A stretch of 64,000 nucleotides of DNA from Octopus vulgaris (lineage: Eukaryota), in NCBI GenBank assembly GCA_951406725.2, contig OX597820.1, forward strand, positions 124,992,001-125,056,000. The letters are read 5' to 3'. Within the stretch, counting starts at the first letter, position 1. Each line of letters opens with the position of its first letter. The notes beneath the pieces were generated by a model. That model was given only the letters and a program-made list of their open reading frames with translations, was not told where the DNA came from and did no database searches. The position numbers and the translations under genes are program-made. Of this stretch, positions 10,660-23,318 are shown piece by piece.

Positions 10660-13519
10660 TATAGCCTAGGCTTAGCAATACCGATAATCTGGTATTAGAA
10701 CTCAATACAGGTATGCTTCCGAATAAGCGTTAGTCGAATACAGGTTCTAACATAATATTAAGTAAATTACTGAGCTTACAGTTGCTTCTACCATAGTTGC
10801 AGTGCACATAGTACTGAGTATATGTGAATTACCTTGTAATTTAAAAATCTAGGGGAAATATATTTGGGAATGCCTTCACAGAGATTGGAAAGATCGCTCT
10901 CGTAAGAATAAAATGATACATTTGAAATGCTGGTGTATAGAATCTGAAGAAGAAAAGGTCTCTCATAAATAGGAATTTTAGATAAAATGTCGGATGAGGA
11001 CCCTTATATAAGTAACAATATATGCGCATACATAACATTAAGGCAGAATAATATGTTAACATTGATCATAATAACCCAGACGTAAAAGAAGGGCACCCGA
11101 GGCGGATAGAACACGAGATAATACAAGACCTAGGGTGACAGATTGTAAGAACAAAAAAAAGATAATAATGAAGGAATGCTGTCGTCAAGATGTTTGGTTT
11201 TAAGTAACAGTTGGAATGGGCCTGGACAACGCATTCATTAATAAATTTTCAATATTTGAGAGTTTACAAGCCAACCAATGATTTCATGTGAAGAGATTTC
11301 GAAATTCCTCAAGCGATACTACATGGAAGTGCTGACACTCATATTCATTTTGGATGATAATACCCAAGAATGAACGTGATTTCGAAATGAATATACAGAA
11401 AACAGGATATGATTTATATAATATACAGTATCATACACACAGAAAAAACATAATAATACACATACACACACCTGTAAGACACGTTTTATTCATGCTTATG
11501 TCTGTACATATAATTATTTATGGTATCTTTGACTCCAAATTTCGTCCATGGTGTTAGAAGTTTATAAGTTCATGTACATTTGTATTTCCTGTGTAGTATG
11601 TGACGTCTTGAATATGTGCTGTATATACACATATTAACAATATATAAAAAAATACATGTAACGTCGTGAATATATGCTATGCATATAAATCTGTGTATTT
11701 TATTGGTGTTTATATCTTGAATGTATAATGGACATATAAATCATAATGTGCATATAATCGATATAAAAAAGAATAAATAAAACTTGGCCAGACTGGAGCT
11801 GTGGCAGGGATTAATGCATGAAATTTCGAAGTGTGAATTATTTCTTGTACTTACAAAGGGAGAAGGATCTCTCTTTAACATTTAAAATGTTCGCTAATGA
11901 CGTTATGATATTTAATTTTATCCATGAAACAGAGGAGGCATTTGTTAAACCATCCCTATAATAGCGGACCTTAGCTATGATGTTCCTCTTTTTAAGTGTC
12001 CAATCCATTTTGGATAAAGATAATGTGTGTCTTTTGCCTTTTGTCACCGAACGATGCCAAATATTGCCCATATATCTCGTTTTTCCGTTAAGCCCATACT
12101 CTTAATAATGGGAAGAGTCACTTCATTGAATATATTATTGTGTGAAGCTATGTAGATGAATTTGAATTCACTCAATATTTTTACTATATTTAATTAAGAA
12201 AAAGGTTGGATACTATTTCCTGGCAGACGATTAAAAATGATTTTTCAATTTAAGTCGCTCTTGCTCATGCAGAGTTAGTTTGTTTCTTGGTGAAGTTAAA
12301 CTCGATTTGGTGACAACAGCTGCAGTTGAAATAACGGGTTCAATTGAATCGAATACTGTTTTCATGAAAACGCAATTCCTAACTAGGTGAGAGTTAATTT
12401 TTTTTATTGATTATCCAGAACTAGCACATTAAAAAAATTAAATTAAAATTAGAACAGTAACGTTGCTGAAAACACCTTGATCGTAATTGAATTCTATAGT
12501 AGAACAAAGACTTTGAGGGATACATTGAAAGACTATATAACCAATATAGAAGTACAAATTTATTGTGTCGATGTTTAATCTACGCATGCTGAAAACAGCA
12601 TATTGAATTGCTTTGAATTGATGTAACAAGAGCTGCTTTCGACAAGCTGAGCGCCAAATGTTATAGAATACTATGAATGTTAGAGAATGGATTCAATGCA
12701 ATACACTACTAACGCTGAAAATTTTCGGTCTAAAAATTGTTCAATAAATAGGATATGCTTATCTGAGATGGTTTGCTCCGAGCATCTACTTACCATTGAT
12801 TTTCAATAATTTTCAGGTATGTATTTGTGTAAAATTTCAAAATATTTAAGAAGGGCAAAGTTTGGTTAGCTCTCTTCTATACAAAGTAAAGTACACTATT
12901 TGATCACATAGTGGTAATAATGACGTAATTGTCAATATGGAATATTGATATATTTCGAATAAGCAAAGCAATTATTGCAAATATTTGTATGGTAATCACA
13001 ACTAAAGCTGAAAATCACTCGTTAAGGTACCTCAGGGTATTGTCTCAAAAAAGGGATTAAACTATTTTCATATTATTTTAGTCGATAACTTATATCAATA
13101 CATGTGTATGCATATAAATATGTATACACACATAAATGCATAACAATACATATGTATGTATGTGCGTATGTATGTATGTATTATGTATTATGTATGTATC
13201 TATATATATATATATATATATACATACATATTTGCATACCTATATCTGTGTGTATGTATGTGTGTGTGTCTACGACTATGTATATACATACATGCATGTA
13301 TGTATGTGTGTGTATGTATAAATAGAAATGAATGTGTATGTAGAAATTGATAAGATCACGAATAGGTGCTTATAAAGTCAAACACAGATGTTTTATCTCT
13401 TTGTCAGTCTATCTAGCCATCAATGGCTCTGTACATGTATGTATGTGTCAACATATATAGGGAGTGAGAAATAGATAAATATCTAAAATAGAGCGAGAGA
13501 GAAACAATGGAGAAATATA

Positions 13520-13576
<57 letters not shown>

Positions 13577-14300
13577 TAAAAAATGTATGTTTTAGAAGTG
13601 CAAACATAGAAGAGAAAAACATTGCGATTTCTTCTTTAATTTACTTTCAACTTCCGAATAATTTCTCGTTTGCCGACCTGAGGATATTAACCGTAAAACT
13701 AGGCATAAATAAGAAATTAACACATACGGTAAAGGGAATGTGGCTGCGCGTGAGCATGTACTTTTGCTGTGTGTGTGTGTGCGCGTGTATAAGTGTATGT
13801 TTATCTCTCTGTGTGTGTCTGTGTGTGTGAGCGTGAATGTGTGTGTATGAATATGGCAGTGTGTGTATGTGTGTGTGCCAACATTATAAAACACCTAATA
13901 AATATATTTTCGGAAAATGTTATATACTTGACAAAGGACAGGAATTATAATTATGTTTTACATGTGTTGTTATATGATTGTTTAAATGAATGCAACCACC
14001 ATCAGTATCGGATATATACCTACCCCTATATTTCCATTCGTTAATATATGTATGTTTAGAGGGAGGATTGTCAAATATGTAAACACACAGACACGTCTAA
14101 TTTAATGTCCTTCTCCCTAGAAATTTCGAGCTGTGTGCTTCGAGTAGAAAAATATACGGACAATTATTAAGCGTAAATGCATGTTTTTATATCTTTAATA
14201 TATATCATTATGTATTTATGTATATATATATATATTTATATATATTTATATATATAGGCTATCGGGCAAAATAATATTTGTGTAAGAATGCATCATTCCC

Positions 14301-14641
14301 TTTTTACTTGCTTCTGTCATTAGACTGCAGCCATACTGAGGCACTTGATTGAAGAACTGTACTCGAATGAATCGGACCCAGTACATGTCTTTCAGCCTAA
14401 TGCTTATTGTATCGGGCACTTTTGTCGAACCGCCGCTCTACAAAGACGTAAACGCACCGACACAGACATATATACATACAAAAGATACCTTTCAATTTTC
14501 GTCTACGAAGACCCCTCACAAGAATTTGGTCGGCATGGGGCTATTATAAAAGACACTTGCCCAATGTGTCACTAACTGGGACTGAGCCCAGTGCCATGTA
14601 GTAGGGAAGTAAACTTCTTACCACACAGCCACACTTACACC
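14301..14641 (-). mobile_element. SINE family B, diverged
   Basis: cttcttaccacacagccac head end, agacacttgccca, gaaccgccgct, gactgcagccat. Confidence 0.75.
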
Positions 14642-14688
14642 TATGCCACTCTATATCTACCAATGTCTATTTTTATCTCACTGTGTGC

Positions 14689-14727
<39 letters not shown>

Positions 14728-15281
14728 TATATATATATATGAGTGTGTATGTGTTTGAGTATGATTGTATGCGTGAGCGTGTAATTTCGTGTATGCAAGT
14801 TTATACACTTACAAAATATGAGATATTTCAGATAACATCTTCGTAATAGTTTTCTCTCAGAGATGTAAGTTAGATCACAGAAACACATCGGAAACGTTCT
14901 TCCGTTATGGCGATTAAATTTCATTTTGTTTCCGCAAATAGACACACATAAATATAATTTAATTTCATATACGTTTGAATTTTTCACTGTATCCTGTTAT
15001 TTTGTATGGTGGTGATGTTCCGTTTCTGCTGATATATTTGTTGATGGAAGTTAAATGTAAAGATCATTTATGCCCGTGTATTTTTAAATATTTATTCGGA
15101 AGTTGTTTCTGCATAATATTCCTGTTGTATATTCAGCAAATGTATAGATATAACTTGTAAATATACAATAATGAACATATTATGAATCAAGAATTCATAT
15201 ACGATTGTGTGTATATATCTAACTTTCTATGAATCTATGTATCTGTCTATTTATCTATCTATCTCTGTAAATACCTATCTT

Positions 15282-15315
<34 letters not shown>

Positions 15316-15317
15316 TC

Positions 15318-15405
<88 letters not shown>

Positions 15406-16396
15406 CATACATGTGCTTTTAGTATGCATTTTTGCATAATTTTTTCTTGTTATTTACTACTAAATATGCAGAAAGTTAACATCGTATTCATGGAATATTA
15501 TTTTCATAATTGTGATGCGGGTATTTCGAGAAGTCCAGGCATTAATTGAAGTTTTAATATAAAAAGTGATTTTAAATGCATATGCTCTTATTTCTATAAT
15601 TCTATTACATTTTACATTGAATAAATTCAAAACACTTCAATTGTATACAAATATAGCCCTTGATAGTAAAATCTAAACATATCATATCAAAGATAAATAA
15701 TATTACTAAAATTATATCCATACAAAATATTACAATCCCAAAATAGAAATTATATTTAATATACTTCCATGTACGCGTTTTCAAAATGAAAGCTTACTGC
15801 CCAGTTTTTGTCCAAAAATATATGCAAATGTTAAATAACAGATTCTGCTATCAACTTTTTCTTTTATGCTCAAGCTCAGAATATGCACATGGGTGCTTGC
15901 CAATAAATTACAGATTTTTCTTAGTATTGAATTTTATCTTATAAAATCGACTTATTACAGATTTTATCACGTACCTAGTATTATAATTTACCTGGGAATA
16001 GTCTTTGAATAGAATTGCATTTCTTTTCGATATTAAAGATCAGTAAATGAGTTATTAAGACGGGCAATATGATACGCTTCTATAACTTTAGCTGAAGACA
16101 AAATAATGAAAAATACTCTTATGGTTTATTTTATAGATAGAAAATATTGATTTCATATACAAGAACAAAAACGAAATTTGTAAAGAAATAGGTATAATTA
16201 ATAGATTAAAAACAAATATTGATCCTGTGGTTTGTCTAGTTTGTATGTACTATGACGACGAAACCTGCAAAGCAATCCTCGAAAGATCAATAGGTTACAC
16301 AACATTTTGAAAATCGGTGAGATATTTTGAGTTAAGCACTTTCATACCATGGCAATCGTTAAAATGAAATAATTGCTCCTAGCACTAACGAATTGG

Positions 16397-16600
16397 TTCT
16401 GATTTTGGCTTTAGGCCAACAATTTTGTGGAGAGGTAAATGACGATTATACTGACACCAATACTTGAGTGCTATACTATTTTATCGAACTTAAGGCAAAG
16501 CCGACATACGTGGCATTTGAACTCAGGATGTAAACAAAATGCACGAAATGGTACTAAGCAATTTGCTCGGCGTGCTAACGGCTCTGTTAGCTCGTCGCTT
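16397..16600 (-). mobile_element. SINE family C, diverged
   Basis: ggcatttgaactcagg...gctaacggctctgttagctcgtcgc. Confidence 0.6.
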
Positions 16601-17502
16601 TTTTTAAAATTTAATAATCATATCATATATGTGCTATCATAATCTGTTTAGGTATATGACATTTCTTGCTTATTACTACTCAAATGTAAGTACATTTTCC
16701 TAAGTTTTTATACCAAGCGATATCAAAAAGAAGTTCAAAATTTAACTGGAAATCCTTCCAAACATTTCTTCTCTAAATATTTAAATTTCAATATTCAAAA
16801 CAAAGATTTTGAAATAGCAACGTGTACGTTCACTTTTGAAAAATCTGTTTATGACTATGTTTAAAAATGTGGAAAATGTATCAAATGCATAAATCTGTAA
16901 TAAGGATTAATATAAGGCGATTTTATTGGTAGTTGACTTATTTAGGTTAAGATCATAAGGGCAGAAGTTCAGCTCCTAAAGTGGTGGAGATATTTGTATA
17001 GTTGAGCAAGGCATTTCATTACTTGTTGCTTCTGTACCAATCGGTTGCTAGTGCAGCTCTCTCACCTACTAAATATCACAACAGCCATATATGCCACTGG
17101 GTCGCAAATGAAGGAGCAGAGAATATGTGTATGGCTGCTGGCGGATACATTTTCAGTTACGAGTGATTAATGAATCTGCTTGTAATTTGATGTTCAGACA
17201 GATTAAATGTTTTATTAACAGTAGACGTAGAGTGAAATATTTTGCGATTTGTAACGAAGAGATAAAAAAAAAACTCGCTTCAACATTATATATTCGTGAT
17301 ATCTTCAAAGCACAGTGTTATAAATTGTAGAAAAGGGTGTGTTTTATGTTAATGCAATAGGTACAAAGAACTTATTTCCTGTAAGATGAAAATAGATAGA
17401 TAAATAAAATATGTCAATATCTATTTTGTCTTATTCATTATTCTAAATGCGATTTAGGATTCGTGGTATATATTTTCATCGTAATATAAACTGAGTCTGA
17501 AG

Positions 17503-17670
17503 AGCGGCAGATGGCAGTCTTTATGCATTTCGTCCATCTTTACATTTCGAGTTCTTATTCTACCGAGTCCGATTTTGCTTTCATGGTTTCGGGGTCGATA
17601 AAATAGACACCATTTGTACAATCGAATCGAATTATTTGGTTTTGTGCCGAGGATTTGAAACCAATATTAG
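17503..17670 (+). mobile_element. SINE family C, internally deleted
   Basis: gcggcagatggcag...gctttcatggtttcggggtcgataaaa...tttgtgccgaggatttgaaaccaatatt. Confidence 0.6.
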
Positions 17671-18207
17671 CTGAATCGATGAAAATCTTCGATACAAAAT
17701 CTTCATTGGCTCCTGAGGTTACATTTATGTATTTTTTTCCATTCATAATGCTATGTATTGATGAATGGACAGTACCTATGGCTTTCTAGAAGCACTGAAA
17801 TATACGTTACCTAGAGCAATTAAATACTTTCAAGTCAAAAAGACATGAGATGGAATTAGATTATAAAGATATGCATTCTATTGAGAAGGACATGATGCGC
17901 TTTTTATTGTACAACATCGGGAACATAGCTACAACACAGGGATGAGAAGAGGAGAGCTAAGTCACGAATGGTTGACTGGATATGATATAAGATCAGTCAG
18001 CTCTAAGAAACACACATCATTGTAGTAAAGGAAGAAATATCTGAGGGTGGCCACAGTATAGTGGTAAACTGCGTGATTTTATGACACCAAATCTAGTGAC
18101 CCTTCTCTGGATGCGACTTTCAGTGCCCGAGTACAGTAGCAACGTCACAGAAGAAGGAATGGTACCCTTTTGCGTGACTCTTTTGTTTCCTAGGATGACA
18201 GTAATAT

Positions 18208-18450
18208 TTGTGTCTAGGGAGAGTCATTTTCTTTTTGTGCTTTATAATGTAACACACTCACCGGTAAAATTTCCACTTTTTCTTATTTTTGTTTTCCTAA
18301 AATTGACACTTATTAGTCAAGACTATTAAAAAAGGCGGCAAGAGGCAAGGAAAATTTTATGAAAATAAAAATAAGGAAAAAGTGGAAATTTTACCGGTGA
18401 GTGTGTCACATTATAAGGCACAATAGGAAAATAACTCACTCCAGACACAA
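18208..18450. repeat. Inverted repeat, ~97-bp arms, 48-bp spacer
   Basis: 18208-18304 vs 18353-18450; core acacactcaccggtaaaatttccacttttt / aaaaagtggaaattttaccggtgagtgtgt is perfect. Confidence 0.8.
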
Positions 18451-18798
18451 CAGAATGAGCTTCAACACACGAACTCGTATAAAGAATCTTGCAAACCAAA
18501 TTCAAAAACGAAATATATATTTATATATATATATATATAAACTGCATTTTGAAATATTAACATGAAATTGAATATTAAAAGAATTCCTCACGACGATATG
18601 TGTCTAAAATAGTATTATATTAAAATTATATGTAAATATATGAAGTATGATTTTAAAAGTTTGATAATTAATGGATCTTACGAGCGGTTCACTCGTATTA
18701 AATATCAAAATGCTTAATAGTATTCATATTTTCGACACTTTATGCAAAGAGCACTCATTATATATTCAACGTATAATATTCTCACAGTATATATTTAA

Positions 18799-18847
<49 letters not shown>

Positions 18848-19685
18848 TAAAGTGAACAAGAGCTCTAATCAGCACAAGTATTGCTATAAATAAGAGGCAA
18901 AACAAAACAGTCACAAAAGCACTATCTTAATAAGGCGACAAGTGAGACAATCTCCCTAGGGTAACAGATAGAACCAGATCACCGATGATTTCGTATTTCG
19001 ATGCTCTCCCCGCGCCTACGGTTAAGCACATCACGCCTCGTCAGCTAAATATATTTCCTTTGATATAATACGCTGATTTCATAAACGGTACAAGTGAAAA
19101 TTATAAATGATATGCGTGGCTAATTCGAAAATTAAAAAACGAAAGCCGAAAGATATATGTCACTAAAGTAAATAAGGGCGCTAATCAGAAATAATCAACA
19201 CCAGTATTACTGGAAATATCAGTGAAAACAACTCAATAGCCACAAAAGCACACTCGTAAGGAGTTAAATGCGAAATCATCGTTAATCTGGCTCTATCTGC
19301 CACTGTAGGGAGCTTTTCTTCTGGTCAGCTCATTAATCCCCCTATATTTTGCTTAGATAATATACTGAATATCTTGATGACACCTTCGGCATTCCGATCA
19401 TTGAAATGTGACAAATTAGTGTAGATTATATATATTTCATGTCGTTCTACTGATATTCTAATTGAAAATTAATATATATTAAGTAAAAGATGTATCAATT
19501 TAGTTTTCCTTGCATCCGTTAGTACTACAAATGATTTCTTTAAACAACTAAATCCATAGATATATATCCTATCCATATTCACAGAAAGTGGCCATTTGCA
19601 AACATCTTCACTACAAAATATTGATTTTGTAAATAATTACTTCACATATTGTTTACTAAATTCATTTTCATTTATTATTTTGCAG

Positions 19686-19856
19686 TTATCCTATGCTGAC
19701 ACAAATCCTTTACTGTCAGATCGAAAGGAATATGAAAATTTTTTCCGAACAGTACCCAGTGATAGTGATTTTAATCCGGCCAGACTTGCACTTTTGAAAC
19801 TTTTCCAATGGTCCCGAGTTGGGACCCTCTTTGAAGATACATCCGAACATGGATAT
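19686..19856 (+). CDS. GABBR2: Internal coding exon (57 codons, phase 0/0) of a GABA-B receptor subunit 2-like class C GPCR, Venus-flytrap domain
   Basis: Acceptor ttttcatttattattttgcag|TTA and donor TAT|gtaagt. Translation LSYADTNPLLSDRKEYENFFRTVPSDSDFNPARLALLKLFQWSRVGTLFEDTSEHGY matches the GABA-B signature LS(Y/F)xxxxPxLxDxxxYxxFFRTVPSD...W.RVGT. Subunit assignment is by recalled similarity to GABBR2/GABA-B-R2 rather than R1, so a paralogue is possible. Confidence 0.88.
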
Positions 19857-19946
19857 GTAAGTAATACTTTTTTGTGTTTCCTTAATATAAGGGACTCGTT
19901 TTTAATAGAAGAGAAACATGGCTAGTAATTTCAATGGGGAAAATTG

Positions 19947-20050
19947 ATTTGTAAAACGAGTAATTCGCATAACGAGTTATTTATTTGTAAAACGAGTAAT
20001 TCGCATAACGAGTTATTTATTTGTAAAACGAGTAATTCGCATAACGAGTT
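19947..20050 (+). repeat. 36-bp tandem repeat, ~2.9 identical copies
   Basis: Unit atttgtaaaacgagtaattcgcataacgagttattt at 19947, 19983 and 20019; probably inside a decayed MITE, 90 bp after the GABA-B donor site. Confidence 0.9.
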
Positions 20051-21408
20051 CGCTCTTGGAAAGAAGTAAACTGGCACAGCGAGTTATGTAACAAGATATC
20101 GCCGATACAAATACTTTAAGCAAAGGATGTAATGTTATATCGAGGTTGATGCAATGCAGATCAAGATCGGCACATAACTATTTGCTATAATATTGATTGA
20201 TCCAGGATGATCAGAATCCAGTTGTCTCTGGCAGGGTTTCAATTCTTACACAAAAGAGTTGCAACTACATAGAGATATAGTATTTATCGTTTGTTCTTCC
20301 GATTTAGCCAGTCATCACCCTCAGCATTCTAGGCTTAGCATGTCATTTAATTTAAGCCAAATATTTTATCTCGATTAAACTACTACAGATAGATGCCAAC
20401 TTTTATCTCTCAAACGAAATCTGACTAATTTAAGAAGGGATACAACACTTTAATATTGAATAATGTGATATTGGTTGTAAAATTCCAGCCAAAATCCAGT
20501 ATTGTCATAGCTTGATTCTCTTTCATTTTTGGTGGACACATTTACAGCATCATGGAGCTTCACAAGAAAGAAAAAAAATGTCTAATATTTACCCAAAGCA
20601 ATGATTATTATAGCAGGTTAATGTTATATATTCTACATATATTAATGTCACAATATATTGTAGCTGACTAAATGTATTCTAGAATTAAAAAAAAAAAGTA
20701 TCGAATTTGTTTCATCCGTTCAATGCGTTGCAAGATAAACTGTTATAGCATCAGAATACTAGGAATTAGAATAATAGTTACATTCATAATAATCCAAGGT
20801 TAAATTTTATATTAACCTCAGTATCATTTGATGTAAATGCTATTTCAACTGACTCTCCCATTGTCAGACAAATTGGTGACATAGTGGGCTCATTCAAGAC
20901 AAACCCCATCAAACATGTTGGTGCCAATCATTTGTCAATAAAAGGAGCATCATCACATGATATCCAGTAGATGTTGTTTGTAACCAAAACAATATTTCTG
21001 CTTTACTTGTCTTAAGAGATTACCCTTGAATAACATTAAGACGGCTCTCAATTCAAAAATCATGTACATGTACAGTTAAATAAATAAAATGTCAAATAGC
21101 TTTCATTGTATGAGCTGTGATCCGGTATTCGATAAAAATATAATTATAAGTAATAGTATTTGGTCAAAAGGTGAATGTTCTCTAATCTTATTTTAAGACT
21201 AATACATTACGTATCACTTAAATCTCAGAGGTTCATAATTGTTTAACACCTTCAAAAAAATATACTCCGATCTCAACAATATACCAGCACACATAAACCA
21301 GTGTATATTATAACGCATGTATTACCATTTTGAAATCACTCAAATTTTCAGAGCACCTTTGTGTGTGCGCGCATGCGTACATATATACATACCTACATAA
21401 ATGTATAC

Positions 21409-21448
<40 letters not shown>

Positions 21449-21503
21449 GTATACATATACATACATATATATACATATACATTTATGTATGTGTATATAT
21501 ATG

Positions 21504-21555
<52 letters not shown>

Positions 21556-22017
21556 CAATAATAAAAAGGTAAAATTAATTAATTATTAATTCATTTTACC
21601 AAGTAGTGTTCAGTATGTAAAAAGACCATTTACGGTATATTTAAAACATTACGTTATATAATTAGGGTTCAGTAAAAAAATTTACTTTACCACACACCGA
21701 ACTTTTAGAAATAGCAGTCCACAAATTTTAGCTATTTCTTCTACTATAAGGAAAGTCTATATACATACATAGATACATACATTCATTACTTGCCAGTACA
21801 GAGCTGCTGCTGGTGGATCCTATTTATTTATGTAATCATTTATAAAATAATGTATTTAATGGTGTAATAGGTAAAACTCAGCAGCGAATAGCTGATAACA
21901 GTGCACAGGAACAATTGTGTCATTTGTAATTAAAGCAGCTTCAATGCAGCTTCATGATTTAAGGTTTTTTTTAATATAAAACCTGTACATGCAAACGGAG
22001 ATCTATGTGTATATCCA

Positions 22018-23318
22018 GTTCAATAAGTAATGCCTCTGACCCACTTCCCATGGCAGTAGAGCAACGAAACTTGGCACAGTTATTAGTCTTTTTCTACATA
22101 GGAACCACCCAGAGTTACGCATTTCTCCCATCGTTTGATGACTCTGGAGACAGTTTTTGTAGAGGACCCCAGCTTGGTCCTCCAACCACGACGTGACTTC
22201 AGAAATCTAGGCTGTATCATCTGGGAAACGCTTTCCTTTCAAAAACAACATCATGGCTGGAAAGAGGTGAAAATCAGAGAGTGCAAGGTCAGGAGAGTTG
22301 GGGATGGGGGAGGAGTTCATAGCCGCATGCCTGTGCTTCTGATCTGGCAACACGTGAGTTGTGGACCTGAGCGTTGTCCTGCAGGAGGAGGATGCCTTTA
22401 CTGATCTTGCTCCGCCTCTTGATTTTGATAGCTTCTCTTAATTTCCTCAAAAGTGAAGCATAATAGGCTCCTGTAATTGTGGAACCCTTTGCCAGGAAAC
22501 CTGTCATCACTATTCCGTCCTGGTCTCAGAAGACTGTGAGCATGACCTTACCAGCGGAGGGCTGCACTCTCGCCTTCTTTGGAGGAGGTGAGTCACGGTG
22601 CTTCCACTGCATTGACTGGGCTTTGGTCTCTAGATCATAGTGATAGACCCAGGTTTCATCCTGTGTGATCAGTCTTTTGAAAGATTTTGACTCATCTTCT
22701 TGGCACATCTCCAAATTCATCCTCGAGCACTCAACGCGTTCTTGCTTCTGGAAAGGTGTGAGAAACTTGGGAATCCATCTGGCAGACACCTTTTGCATAT
22801 GCAAATGGTCATGAATGATAGTTTCCACAGACCCGGTACTAATATTGACCTCATAGGCTATTTGGCGAATAGTTATGCGTCGATCTTCCAAAATGGCAGC
22901 CTCAACTTAATGGACAGATGCCTCATCAATGGCAGAAAGGGGGCAACCAGATCTGGGAGCTGTTTCCACAGAGCTCCGACCATGTTTGAATTCACTATGC
23001 CAGGGTTTTACAAGGTCATATGATGGGGCATCATCACCATAAGTTACTTTCATTTCATCAAACGTCTCTCGTGGTGTGCGTCCTTTCAAATACAAAAACC
23101 GGATCACTGCTCGACACTCAACAGGCTCCATTTCACACTTGACTCAGTTCAAACACCTGTAAATCAGAAACCACAATTAGATCAGAGCCACTTCATCTAT
23201 TGCCACTTCATCTATTGCCACTTCATCTATTGAGATAAAAATGTTTTCACATGCAAAATTTCAGCAAGATCAAACAACTGCAAATGGGCCAGGGGCATTA
23301 CTTATTGATCGTCCCTCG
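22018..23318 (-). mobile_element. Mariner (DD34D) DNA transposon, near full length, transposase pseudogene
   Basis: TIRs gttcaataagtaatgcctctgacc (outer ~8 bp lost) and ggccaggggcattacttattgatcgtccctcg-TA. ORF 23131-~22080 (MEPVECRAVIRFLYLKG, WIPKFL, TQDETW, LQDNA) has two in-frame stops and a frameshift at HPPYSPDL. Confidence 0.93.

Noticed and set aside
16945-17170. Possible upstream GABA-B exon
   Set aside because: All + frames contain stops and none matches the expected ...FGxxC...WNLVQ sequence.
19596-19925. 109-aa ORF as a complete gene
   Set aside because: Only 19686-19856 is receptor-like; the rest is read-through across clear splice sites.
19947-20050. 36-bp repeats as a CRISPR array
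   Set aside because: Units are directly adjacent with no spacers; eukaryotic context; no cas genes.
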